Positions 1 through 11,992 of a stretch of DNA of 64,000 bases are shown here, piece after piece. The translations under genes were made by a program, and so were the position numbers. Location of the stretch: the NCBI GenBank assembly GCA_943704425.1, contig CALSCP010000216.1, positions 69,033 through 133,032 on the forward strand, written 5' to 3'. Within the stretch, counting starts at the first letter, position 1. The number at the start of each line of letters is the position of its first letter. The notes below the pieces were generated by a model. The model did not search any database, was not told where the DNA came from, and saw only the letters and a program-made list of their open reading frames with translations. The DNA comes from Ministeria vibrans ATCC 50519 (taxonomy: Eukaryota > Protista > Filasterea).

Positions 1-2496
1 CGCTTGATCGAACGTGCCACGGTGCTCATGGCCTTAAGGGAGATATTCTCGCGCAGCAGACGATCGCGAATGTGAGCGCCGCAGTAGCGTACGTAGCAGC
101 GAATCATCATGATGGCGCGGCGCGCTGGCAAGCCACTGCCGCCCGTCTCCTGGCGCAGCAACCAGAAGAGCTCGTGTCCCACGCTGATTGAGAGACACGC
201 GCGCTCCAGCAGCATGCGCGCTAATGCACAGTCCATGTGTGCCTCGTTGCGCAACGCCTGTACCAGCTGAGGCAGACAACCCAGCAGTGCGTCGTCGCTC
301 AGACGACAAAGGCGCATGACGGCGTAAGCACGGACGGTCGTGTCGGCGTGTGCACGGTCCAGCAGTGACGCAGCCATCACGGGCGCACCAGGCGCCCATT
401 CGTCCAAAAGTCGCCGTGCCTCGCGTGCCTTGCGACGGTCACCCCACGGCACGGAGAGTAAGAAGCGCGCGAGCGCCTTGGGATCGCGCGAGCAGAGCTG
501 GCGGTAGCGCCACAGCAGAACCGCATCTTGTTCGGTGACAGGCGCGAGCGCGTCGCCCTGGCGTGCTGTCTCAATGCTTTTCTGCAGCGCTGGTGGCAAC
601 GAGTGCAGATTGAGCCCGTCCGACGCGTTGCCACCACCAGCACCTGTCTGCTGTGAGAGTGTGCTCAAGGAGGAAATCGGACGCGAGCCAGGCAGTTGCT
701 GCGGCGGCATGGACTCCATCGACTCAACACGCTCTGCCTTGGGCGCAATATAGCTTGCGCGCGCGCGTGAAACACTCACGGCGCCGTCGACCATGTCAGC
801 GTCAACAGGATGCACAACAGGCAGGTGGTGTGTCGCCAGGAAGACGGTGAGTGTACCCGTGGGACGGTTCTCAGCGTCGTTGCGCTCGAAATCGCGACAA
901 GTGTACAAGTCGAGAACCTTGACGCCCTCTTGAAGATGGTCGCGAAAGTCCAGCACTGGCAGAGACGTAATGAGTCCGTCGCCCTCCTGGCGCTTGCGGC
1001 TCGACTGTCGCCGCGCCCGCACCGTAAACACAAACTCAGCGGCGGGCGGGAGGTCACGTACGTTCATGTCGACAAACGAGCACCACTCGTTCCAGCGTGT
1101 GCCGCCCACATTGATCACGGTCGAGGCAGGCACCTCGCGAGTACGCACCGAATTGCACAGTCGTCGGTCGCCATGTACAAGCTCAACCTCAATTGACGCG
1201 AGTGTCTTGTCGTCCGTAAAAAGTGCCATCGACGGACACGCCTCGGCCGCGACAATCTTGACGCGCACCGATGTGTCCATGTCCCAGAGCGACAGGGTGC
1301 GATGAAGCGGAAACAGAGCGCGCCCGCGCGATGTCAGTGTCGCGTGGGTGCGCGTTGAGCCAATGGATGAATCGGCAATGCCGGCAAAGTGGGCATCGAG
1401 CGGACCCGAGTCGTGCAGACCGAGATCTGCAATGCGACGGGCAAACAGGTGCACGGGCGGTTCGCGTCGCATGCACACGTAGGCGCGCAGCGGCAACTTG
1501 TCGCCATGAACAAAATCCTCGGCGCCACACGCACGCAGCATGAATTGATGAGCGCCATGCGCGCCGTTGGGAAGGACACGCGCGAGCACCTGGGCGGCCG
1601 TCTCGTCCGGCTCGGCTAGAACAGGCTCGGTGGCGCCCGTTGGCAGAGTTATTCTCATGCTAATCTTGCCGTCCACAGCGTATAGCAGCGGTGTGTTGCT
1701 GCACGCAACCAGTCGAGGTGATGTCATGTACGCCAGATAATCGCGCTGTTCAACACTCTCGCGGCACACACGTGCAAACTGGCGTCCAGCAACACGCGCT
1801 TCTTCGCGTGCCAAAACCGACGCGTCGCGCAGACCAGTTTCCTCGCCCACCAAATCGTTTAGTGCCTGCTCACTGCCACTGTCAGGCTTGCCACGCAGCG
1901 CCAAACGCAACTCAATAGGCTCGTCGCTGGCGGCGAGGTCGACAGCACGCGTGATATTAGCAAGCACCTGACTCTCGTCGGTGAGTTCATGCGTAATCAT
2001 GACGCCAGTGCGCACATCGGGCGCACGATACGTAAAGGTGTAGTGATTTGATCGCTCCAATGGCGGCCAGCTTGCCAGCACGTGCGCTCCCGGCTCCCCG
2101 TCGAGATGACCATTGTCGTCCAAGGCAAGCGACAGAGCGCGGTCACGAGTCAAGCGTTCGTGATCTTCACCAAGAGTATCGCCTGCAAACCACATGAGCG
2201 TATCGCGACGCGACGACATGTTGCTGCTAGTACGACGACTCGAAGCAGACGACACGATCGTCGTCGAAGACTCACTTTGCGGCTGAAACGAGACTCGTGC
2301 CGACGACGACGACGGCGATGACTTGCCTCCCGTGGCACTGAATCGCGCCGAAGAGGATGAGGACGAGGTGCGCATGGAGGAGCGCACTGGCAACTGAGGT
2401 GCTGCCGAGCCATCGACGGGGGTGCTCGAACTCAGCGGTGCTACGGCGGTGGAGTCCTCCTCCTCGTCGTCGTCGTCATCGTCTTCATCATCATCG

Positions 2497-2529
<33 letters not shown>

Positions 2530-3758
2530 TCCTTGTGGTCATTGGCAACCTCGTCAAGACGACTCAGCTCGGACGGAGAAATGTGATCGCTCGTCGCCGT
2601 GCCCTCGACAAAAACACCACCGCCTGCTGACTCTGGTCTATCCTGAGCGTCGACGGTGTCGTTGGAGGAGTAAGTGTCGAGAATGTCGAGGACACTGGCC
2701 GAACCAAAGCTGACACGATCAGCACTGGGCGTGCGAGATGAAGGAATGCTGCTGCTTGGAGTTCGCGACGAAGAGGTGGAGCGACGGGGCGGCACTTTGG
2801 GAGGCATCGACATGTCTGCGATCGAGTGCGACGTAGACTTGACCATGACCGACTGAGCGCGATCGAAACCACCGGCGCCTGCGCCCATGACTGACGATGA
2901 ATTAGAAGGGGATGACTGTGCGGTGCTGGTGGGGGACGAGGAGGAGGCGGTGGTGGCGGAGGAGGGTGTGGCGCCAACGGGAGCGACATCCTTCATGGTG
3001 CTCTCCGATGAGAATACTGTGTGGCTGCGCCGGAGACTGGCTGCGCCAATGGCGGCGGCAGCGCGACCGTGAGGCACGGAGGTCTGTTTGGTGAGGACGG
3101 GCACGACACGGTGTTGAGGTGCCGAGGACGGTGCTTGACCACCCGGCAATGGTAAATTGGAATAGACAGCGTCCGAGACGGAGGCATCCCAAGCAGACTG
3201 GGTAACGGGAGCGCGAGCGGCTGCGGCGGCCGCTGCTCGTTTGCGAGGAGGCGCAGCGGGCTCGCCCACCTTACGTCGTGTCGCCTCGTTGTTGGCGGCT
3301 GCTTCGACCCACAGGCGCTGTTTGAGTTCGGCTAAAGATGTATGATCCCCGACATCGACAAGTGTGTAGGGCAGAGGCGCCGACGGCGGAACGTCCGGCG
3401 ATTCGGAGCTGTTGTCCTTGTTGCGTGTCGACTTGGCCAGCAGACGATTGACGGTGGAGGCACTGTGCGAGGCAGGGGGGAGGATTTTGACGGTGACTTT
3501 GGCACAGACAGGAGGGCGCTTGACGAAAGGACGGGAGACGCGGCCGGGAACGCAGGCAATGCGGCTGCCTGAGCCAGGCAACGCCGTGAGCTTCAGACGC
3601 ACCGAGACGGGCGTGAACGACCGCACACTCTGCTCAATACGGCTGTCGGCCTCGTAGAACGCCGCACGCTTGTTCAGACGAATGCCTCGGTACAGAAGCG
3701 TGCTCCTGCACCAAAGAGAGGGAGCGAGAAGCCGCAGAGAGTGAGTGACGGGTGAGCG

Positions 3759-3795
<37 letters not shown>

Positions 3796-4043
3796 TCGTC
3801 GATAATATTATCAACAAAATATTATAATCATAAGAATAAGAATTGATACATGAACCCCTGTTTGATGCCGGCAATGTCGACAATGCTGTTGCAGACGGAC
3901 GCAACGCGCTCCCGCGCGCCCACGTCGACGACAACGGTGTGGACCAGGTCACTTCCGGGCACAGTCGCTTCGACAAAGCACAGCGCGGCATTCCCTGGCG
4001 GACTGCTCGGCCCGCTGTGCGCATTGGAGCGTGCCAGGGCCAT
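1..4043 (-). CDS. Phosphatidylinositol 3-kinase catalytic subunit (class I/II-like; RBD-like, C2 and helical PIK domains; kinase domain lies beyond the window start), partial
   Basis: Manual translation. Exon 1 is 4043-3850, the GT-AG intron is 3849-3706, then one open frame runs from 3705 off the window edge (so it is absent from the ORF track). It contains the C2-like WNEWCSFVDMNVRDLPPAA and the helical-domain motifs LLWRYR, VRAYAVMRL, LPQLVQALRNE and VGHELFWLLR. Confidence 0.9.
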
Positions 4044-4359
4044 CGAGCAACAGGGCGCGCTGCAGTCAAAAGCGGGCCGGAGGTTGTGCGAGATTTAATT
4101 AAAAGAAATGATTGTACGATTGTTCTCTCTGTATTTACAATAATAATTAATAATTATTGTACTTTTGACTGTGATTGTGACTGTCGAGGTGTGATTGCGC
4201 CTGATCTGGCTCTGCATGCCCTTGTATCTCTTCAAGTCTCAAGAGATTTTTGACGTTTGAGTTCCAGTTTTACATACTGAGTGAGTAGTGTAACGTCTGA
4301 GACTCTGAGTGTCTATTCAGGATTAAATTTTCTTCTTCTTCAATCTTTTTTCCAACAGC

Positions 4360-5938
4360 ATGAGCGTAAGTCTTTTGATGGTTGCTCGTAGTTGCACATA
4401 GTGCAGCAGAGAACTCTTTCCGTCTCTCTATCACTTTTTTTTCCTCTCTCTCTCACTTGGTCTTTATTTCCTCTCACTTGGTCTTTATTTCGTCTCTCTC
4501 TCACTTGGTCCTTTCTCTCTCTCTCTCTCTCTTCACCTACCAGTTCAATCCAGTGGACCATGGCTTGGCTGCGGATTTCCGCCTGACGGCTTTCACCAAG
4601 CTGAAAGGATGAGGGTGTAAGGTCCCTCAAGAGGAGCTGCTACAACTCTTGGAGGGACTTGGGGCGACACCGTCGTCGCCCATTGAAGGTGTTGGCATTG
4701 GTGCTGGCCTCGACAGTTGTGTGATTCCACTGCGCCACAATATGTCGCTGGTGCAAACCACTGACTTCTTCTTCCCGCTCGTCGACGACCCCTACGTCAT
4801 GGGCAAGATCGCCTGCGCCAACGTGCTGTCCGACCTGTACGCGATGGGCGTGGCCGACTGCGACAATGTGCTCATGCTCCTGGGCGTGCCGACCGGCATG
4901 ACGTCGCATGAGCGCACCACCGTCACCCCCATGGTCATGAAAGGGTTCAACGACCTCTGCCACGAGGCTGGCACCGTTGTACGCGGTGGTCAGACCACTT
5001 TGAATCCATGGTAAGGATGTGACTATGGCAAATTCGCAATCGTCCATTCTGAAATTGTGCCTCATTTCAGGTTTTTGATTGGTGGAGTTGCAAGTGCCGT
5101 GTGTGCGCCAGACGAGTGGATCATTCCCAATGGTGCTGTGGAGGGTGATGTGTTGGTGTTGACGAAACCGTTGGGAACACAACCTGCAGTGAATGCGCAT
5201 GAGTGGCTCGCAATGGAGAGCAAAGCAGAGCGCACCGCGCAATTGGCGAGTGCAGGTGTGACGCCCGAGGATATTGAGAGTGCCTATGCTTTGGCAGAGC
5301 AGTCCATGTCGAGCCTGAACCGCACGGCGGCGCGCCTGATGCACACTCACGGCGCGCACGGTGCAACCGACGTGACAGGGTTTGGTCTGCTGGGCCATGC
5401 CCGCAATCTTGCCCTCTGCCAGAAGGAAGCAGTCTCCTTTCGTATCCACACCTTCCCCGTCATTCACCACATGTGTCTCGTAGACAAGGCACGCAAAATA
5501 GATAGAGAGAGAGAGGAAAAAAAAAAGCAAAAAAAAACAAACAAACAAACAAACAAAAAGAGACAGAGTGTGTAACTGTTGTATGTATGTAGACTGTGTC
5601 GTTTTCGTTGCGAGAAGGATTCAGCGCGGAGACGAGTGGAGGACTTTTGGTGCTTTTGCCGTCGCGCAGTGCGGCCGATGCCTTCATTGGTGACCTCAAG
5701 ACCCTCCATGATCGCACGGCCTGGATTGTTGGTGATGTCATTGCAGGTGTGCATTTGTGTGTGTGTGTGTGTGTGCATGTGTGTGTGTTCGTTCTTATTT
5801 CTCATATCGACACTAGCGTTTTGTTTTGTTTTGTTTTGTTTTTACTCTGTATATTATACTCACTGTATCTATTGATTAGGCGATCGCTCTGCTGCGTTGG
5901 CTGACGACCTTAAGTTCATTGAGGTCACTTCTTTGTAA
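4360..5938 (+). CDS. SEPHS2: Selenophosphate synthetase 2 (SPS2/SelD family), selenoprotein with in-frame UGA at 4610-4612
   Basis: Exons approx. 4360-4365, 4544-5011, 5071-5488, 5593-5746 and 5880-5938. Reads [20 protein letters not shown] (the SPS2 UGCK site), [40 protein letters not shown] and ETSGGLL. Confidence 0.95.
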
Positions 5939-6146
5939 CTTTATCTTTGTTCTTTATCTATGTTTGTTCGTGTTTGTGCACCGACTCTGGAACGATGGGA
6001 ATAGTAAGAACTGCGAGTTTTTTTTTTTTTTAAAAAAAACACGACTCATGTGTTTGCTGGTGTATTGTTGTAGGGCGAAAAGAGTCGCAGCAATTTTCAA
6101 TGTCTCTCCTATCACTTTCAGCTTTTGGCGTTTTTTTTTCTGCTTG

Positions 6147-6220
6147 ACATTCGTTTTGTGACGACCTAACGGGCAAATCGTAATATTAGTTTATTGCAAT
6201 CCGTTTGGTTTGATGAGTGT
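6147..6220 (+). promoter_or_regulatory. Eukaryotic SECIS element (type II, GUGA core) in the SPS2 3' UTR
   Basis: Helix I is ACATTCG (6147-6153) with TGAGTGT (6214-6220). The core is GTGAC (6158-6162) with TGAT (6211-6214). Helix II is GACCTAACGGG with TCCGTTTGGTT. Unpaired AAA at 6175-6177 and an apical mini-stem GTAAT/ATTGC. It lies about 210 nt after the stop of a UGA-containing SPS2. Confidence 0.85.
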
Positions 6221-6866
6221 ATCTAATACACTGAGTGTTTCAAGGTGAAAATATTTGTCAGTACAGGGGAGAGTGAGAGGGTGTGACAGACAAATTTCAT
6301 CAGTCACGCACGATTCTTATTTTAATTATAATTATAATTAAGTATTATCAAAGGCTTTGGTCTCTGAAACAATGCACGAATGTGGTGAGCAATTCACCCG
6401 TTTTACATAGGCACACACGAAACACGTAAAAAACAAAAAATGACTGCTCTTTTGTATGGCTAATACCTGCGAGATCAATTTAATGAAGGTTCCCACCAGC
6501 CAGACATGTACACAATTGTGTGAATTGATTCGAGAGTCAGACAGACAGACGGATGGCGCTGTTGTATGGTCATGAATGTCCACTGGATCTATGGGCTTCT
6601 TTTGGGACATTCTCGTATTAAAGTCTACGGCGGAAGTACGGAGTATTGTGCTGCCCTTTGTTTTGTATAATTATAGTTTTGTTTTGACATTGAGTACAGC
6701 TCTCGATTCTTTAAGTTCTAACTTCTAAATTAATTATTGGTATTTTTATTTTTGAGTCTCTCAGTCTCGACGCGCACTCCCGAGTTCTCGCCCTCACAGA
6801 CCATAGCGGGGCGTGTTTCAAACGATCTCTGCGTGTGTGTGTGTGTGTCCTGCGGTTGTTCACAGC

Positions 6867-9800
6867 ATGACAGACATGACAGATGTTGACGCAGCCACGC
6901 AAGCCGAACGGCTCACGGCACTGCTCTCCCTCACGCCCGATGACGAGCACCTTGGAGAACCTATTCCACTCAGCGATGTCCCTCTCGCCTTTGCTGTGAG
7001 TTTGCAAATGATGAGAAAAGAAGAGAACAAAAAAAAAAAGAACCGACCGTCGACTTTTGTTTCGTCTTCAGCGCACAGTCAAAAGCCGAGAAGCACCCGC
7101 CGCAGCGGCTCGACAGGGCATTGTTGGGCAGGAGAACCAAGATGTGGTCCTTCAGCGCCCTTTCGTCGGCTCTGCGTCGCTCAGGTATTGCTGTGTGGGT
7201 GTGCGTCAGTGTGCTTCACGAATGATCTCACTCTTTTATCTTCTTCTCTCCGCTTCAGTCCATCGGCGCTTCGCGTTGAGTCGCAGTCAAGCTTTTGCTC
7301 GGTTCGTGCCAACGCAGTTGTGTTTGGCTCACGGTGGCAATACGAAGTGACCCTTGAATCTTGTGTGAGTGTGTGTGTCTGAGTGAGTGAGTGAGTGTGT
7401 GTGTGTGTCTGTCTGAGTGAGTGAGTGAGTGAGTCTTTTTGTCTGAGTGTACTGTGTGAGTGTTTGTGTGTGAGTGTTTTTGTCTGTGTGTGTATCTGAG
7501 TGAATGAGTGTTTGTATCTGTGCCTCTCTGAGTGAGTGAGTGGGTGTTTGTGACTGAGTGTCGTGTGGTGTATATATAATTAACTATTATAAATGTGTGC
7601 ACAATGAATTTGTCTTTATTTTTAATTATTATTTTCATCTAGGGCGTATTACAAGTCGGCTGGGCCACACGCGAGTACTGGTATCAGTGCTCGTCGGAGA
7701 ACGGCGTTGGTGATGTGCCCTTCTCGTATGCATACGATGGCAAGCGCCGAAAGAAATGGAACGGTGGCTCGGCGTCGTACGGAGAACAGTGGGCGACCGG
7801 AGACGTCATTGGTGTGTGCATTGATCTCACGGTGGGCACCATCTCGTACTATCGCAATGGTCGCTCGCTTGGCGTTGCCTTTGAGAATCTGCCACGCGAG
7901 CGTGTCGGACTCGCCTACTTCCCGGCCATGTCCATATCGCAGCACGAAAGTTGCCAAGTCAACTTTGGCGGGGCACCCTTCATCTATCCAGTCGAAGATT
8001 ACGCTCCCCTCCAACCCCGTCCGTCCGGTCGCTGTGTTGTCGCCTCCTATCTCCTTGACTCGTTTTTCACCCTCGCACGCGAACCCCCGTCGCCTGTCGT
8101 CATCATGTGCCAGTGGGCGGCCCTCGAGCGCGTTGCTGCACTCCTCTCCTCTGGCTATGTCTGTGACGCCGAACTCTTGCCACGCCTCCTCTTTACTGCA
8201 CGCCACAGCGGCATCGAGGCGCTCTCCCAATTATTCTCCGACCTCGTCGAACGTCTCGAGGTAGAGAGAAACAAAAACGACGCGCGCGCACTCGTGCAAG
8301 TCTAATCATCAACATTTATTTGTCATTTTAGCCTCACGAGTCGATTAAAATGATGGAGAACGTACTGGAGAGCATTGGACGACGTGCACGATCCCTGTGT
8401 GTTCTTCCAGGTGTCGATGCACCCGTGAGTGGCTCGGCGTCTGTGGCCGAGTACCTCGAAGTTGCACAAGCACTGTTTAACAGTGAAAAGGCCCTTGCTG
8501 TGTGGTGTACTACTGATGTACAGACGCGCGCCAATGTGTCGCGCTTGTCAATTAACGTCCCACCGGTCCCTTCCGTCGCCGCACGCGTTCTCGAACATCT
8601 GTTTAGCACGCCCGAGTACTCTGATGTTGATCTAGAGCGTCTACTTCCCGTGCCCTGGGCACCCGATCTCGAGGACACCGAAAACCCTCTCTCTTCCGTC
8701 GAAAACTTTGCAGCATTTGGTGCTGTCACTTCTCGCATCCAACAAGTGAGCGTGCCTATTAATATTACTATTAATAATAATGCTTTTTATATCTTTATTA
8801 TTATTATTTTTTTCTATTATATTTTTGTTTGTATTTTTGTTAAATCTTTTTTTTTCGTTTGTAGGAATCAAGTCGACAGGACGCAGCGCTCCGTACGATT
8901 GTCACAACGTTTATGCGTTCACCAACAGCGAGTAGCTGGTTTATGGAGTGGCTGACGTCGCTGCTTAAGATCAACGAGGGCATCGCGCGCGAAATACAGC
9001 CATCCGGCCTGTCGAATCCCACCACGCTTTCGCGCATTCTCCTTACGTTGCTGCGGTACGTTCGTAGCGATATCATCCCACACGGATTTCCCAAATACGA
9101 CGTGGCCGACGTGCTTCCACGCGACGACAAAGTCACAATCGAAGCTGCCGATACAGATGTGTTTGAGTCGGTGTCCCTCTTTGGCGGTGCACTCACTGTG
9201 CCCAAGTGGCTCTTTGTAAGTCATGTTGCGTCGTCAAGTGCGCGACTTGGTGGCGTTTTTTCGCACTTGGAAGGCAATCTGAGGACACATTTGAATTTGC
9301 CGCGTCCCGCTGCGAGCTCTCGCCTCCGCGGTTCACAACATCAACGCGAAGCGGCCGAGCTGATGCGCCTGGCTGTGCAGTGTGCCTCACGATTGCGTCC
9401 CGATCTCGTCGTGGCAAAGGCTCCAAATGCGTCGTCGCCGTCGTCGCCGTCGTCGTCGCTGTTGTTGGGCGGCGGGAGACTAATGGACGCTGTGCGTCCC
9501 TTTGGTGATCATGTAAACGCTACCGAGAGACACGATCAGTCATTACGCTCCATTGTGCAACAGCTAGGTGCCCATGCCATGGAAGGTGTGGTGCAGTCTT
9601 CTCATGACGACAACAATGGTGACGATGACGACGATGACGACGACGAGGCTTGGGACGAGGTAGACGCAGCCGAAATGTACGGCGAAGACTGCGCCGAGTT
9701 CAACGTCGAGAGGAATGCCGATACCATCAGCGACACCAACGCCAACGTGTCCACCTTTACGAGTGACGTCGATGCTGCTGTCGATGACTCAGAGGCACGA

Positions 9801-11882
9801 CTGCGCGAGGCACTACCGACACTGCCGCGGTCTTTTGAAGTGATTGAAATGTGTGTGACGCTTGGCTCGATTGTTGGAGTGCGCGTCGCGTCCACTGGCA
9901 TGACACGACTGCGTCGTATGCGCCAGTTGCAGTGGCATCGCATGGAGACTCTACGTGTTCTTGCGGCGCTTCCCACCAAAACAACAACGGAAACAGACGC
10001 AGTGGACGTCGACGATGAGACGAAGGCCAAGGAAACGCTTGAAGCCGAAGTACAACGACGCCATCTACAAGTGCGTGTCGAGTCGTTTGACAAGGAAATT
10101 GCGACTCTTGCTCGTCTCGTGGGCATGCGCGCGAGTACCACGCTGGACGATGAGAATGAGCGACTTTGGACCTTTCTTAGCGTCCTTTCTACTGACATTT
10201 TGCGTCAGTTCTCTTCGACCCCCTACTTTGAGTTTGTTCCCGAGCACTACATGGAGGTATTATAATTATATTATTATAATATTATTATAATATTATTATG
10301 ACTATTATATTATTATGATTATTATTATTATTATAATTATTCGTTTGTGATTGATAATAAATTGGAAATGTCTCTCAACTAATTTGTTGTTCTTCTTCTA
10401 ATTATGATTATTATTTTGATTGTAGGTTGCTGTCGATTTGATGTCATCGCTGTGTCTGTGGAATCGAGACAAGTTTGCTGGCGACGAGTGTGAGGAGCGC
10501 GCGAGTGCGTTTCAGCGTGTTTTGAGTGAGACGTTGGTACACCTGAGTGATCGACGTATTGTAAGTCCTGGCATGACGGAACTACTTTCACGTTTTGTGT
10601 CGGTGTTTGGCTCGGACACGCGCGTGATGGCTGCAGTGGAGCGCAATGCGACGGTGCGTTGCTATCTGCTCCCGTCGCTGCTGGCGCTCTTTGACGACGA
10701 GCGCATGTGGGTGTACGTCTTGGCCTTTGTGCTGGAACTCAATCCAGAGACGGCGTACGCGGTGCCTTCGTCCATGCTTGGACTCAGTCATGTGACTCCG
10801 TCGACTGCACTTGCACGCACCATGGCTGACGCCATTGCGGCAGAACCAGTCGTAGCGCGTGCCTGTCTCAACAATGTGCTCAACTACCTGAATCGAGTGC
10901 TCACCGAGTTTACGGGTGCGGTCCAGGATTTGCTTGACACCCTCAATGTGACCGTGTGGCATCGCGACGATGCGAACCAGGCGCGCATTGAACATCGCAT
11001 CCGTCTCACCTTTTGCCTGGTGACGGCTCTCTCGGCGTTTCTTGAGCAACTTGCTTTGCACGGTGCTCGCGAGCTTTTCCTGGACGGCACGGAGGGTCGT
11101 GTAAATCGCAAGCGTGTTTCACAGCTGGTTTTTGCCATTGTGGGGCGACTGGTGAACATCACGCCGGCGGGCAAGTCCCTGGAAGGTGTGCTCGCTTTGA
11201 AGCTTCAGGGCTGGGAAGATTTTGATCGTGCTCGTGCCTTGGTGCCATTGCTGGGTTGTCTTGAAGGGATCCAGGCTGCGGCCGATCGTTGCGGCGACGA
11301 GATGACGTGCGAGCGAGTGATGGAGACGCTGGTGTCGCTTGAGTCGTTTGACTTTGACTTGCTGCGTGCGCTCCTGGCCGACCGCTCTCTGCAGGTGGCC
11401 GAGCGTCCTTGGGCGCGTGGCCGCATGACTGCATTTGCTCAATTTCTGCGTCGCGTGTCTCACGCAAGTGACGCTCAAAAGGTGTCTTTTTCAAATGACC
11501 GTTTTTATAGCAGGACAACGTTTCACAGGTTTTTTTTTCTTTTTTTTCTGCGTTTTAGAAGGCCGACAAAGAGACTGTACTGAGGTCAACCGCAACAACG
11601 GGTGTCGCTTTGAATGGCCCAGGAACCGCAGCGGCACAAGAGCAGGGAGGATCCGACAGGAACAACAGCAGTGTTGTTACTGGTGGTGGTGGTGATGATG
11701 ATGGAGTCGACGAAGACGACGGGCTCTGCACCATTTGCTATGCGTCCGTCGCCAACGTTTCCTTTGAGCCGTGTGCCCATCGTTCGTGCGAGGAGTGTAT
11801 CACGCGCCACCTGATGAACTCAAAAGCGTGCTTCTTCTGCAAGGAGACTGTCCAGAAAGTCATTGAAGATTCCATTGTATAA
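6867..11882 (+). CDS. RNF123: E3 ubiquitin ligase RNF123/KPC1 (N-terminal SPRY, C-terminal RING), multi-exon
   Basis: SPRY motifs SFCSVRANAVV..GRWQYEVTL, QVGWAT, GVGDVPFSYAYDG.R.KKWN, GDVIGVCIDL and NFGGAPFIYPVEDY. Mid-region RLGGVFSHL and FVPEHYME. C-terminal RING CTICYA..PCAHRSCEECITRHLMNSKACFFCK. Confidence 0.92.
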
Positions 11883-11992
11883 CAATAAAAATAATTATGA
11901 TAAAAATATAATAATAAAAATTAATATAGAACGACACCCTTCGTCTTTCTTTCTGATAACAATAATGAATATACAATCATGTTTGCTTCAGT

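Noticed and set aside
4640-5548. 302-aa minus-strand ORF, and the many other antisense or alternative-frame ORFs over GC-rich exons
   Set aside because: Shadow ORFs opposite well-supported genes, with no recognisable motifs.
7365-7570. TGAG/TG-rich repeat as a telomeric or CRISPR-like array
   Set aside because: A degenerate microsatellite inside an RNF123 intron, with no fixed repeat-spacer periodicity.
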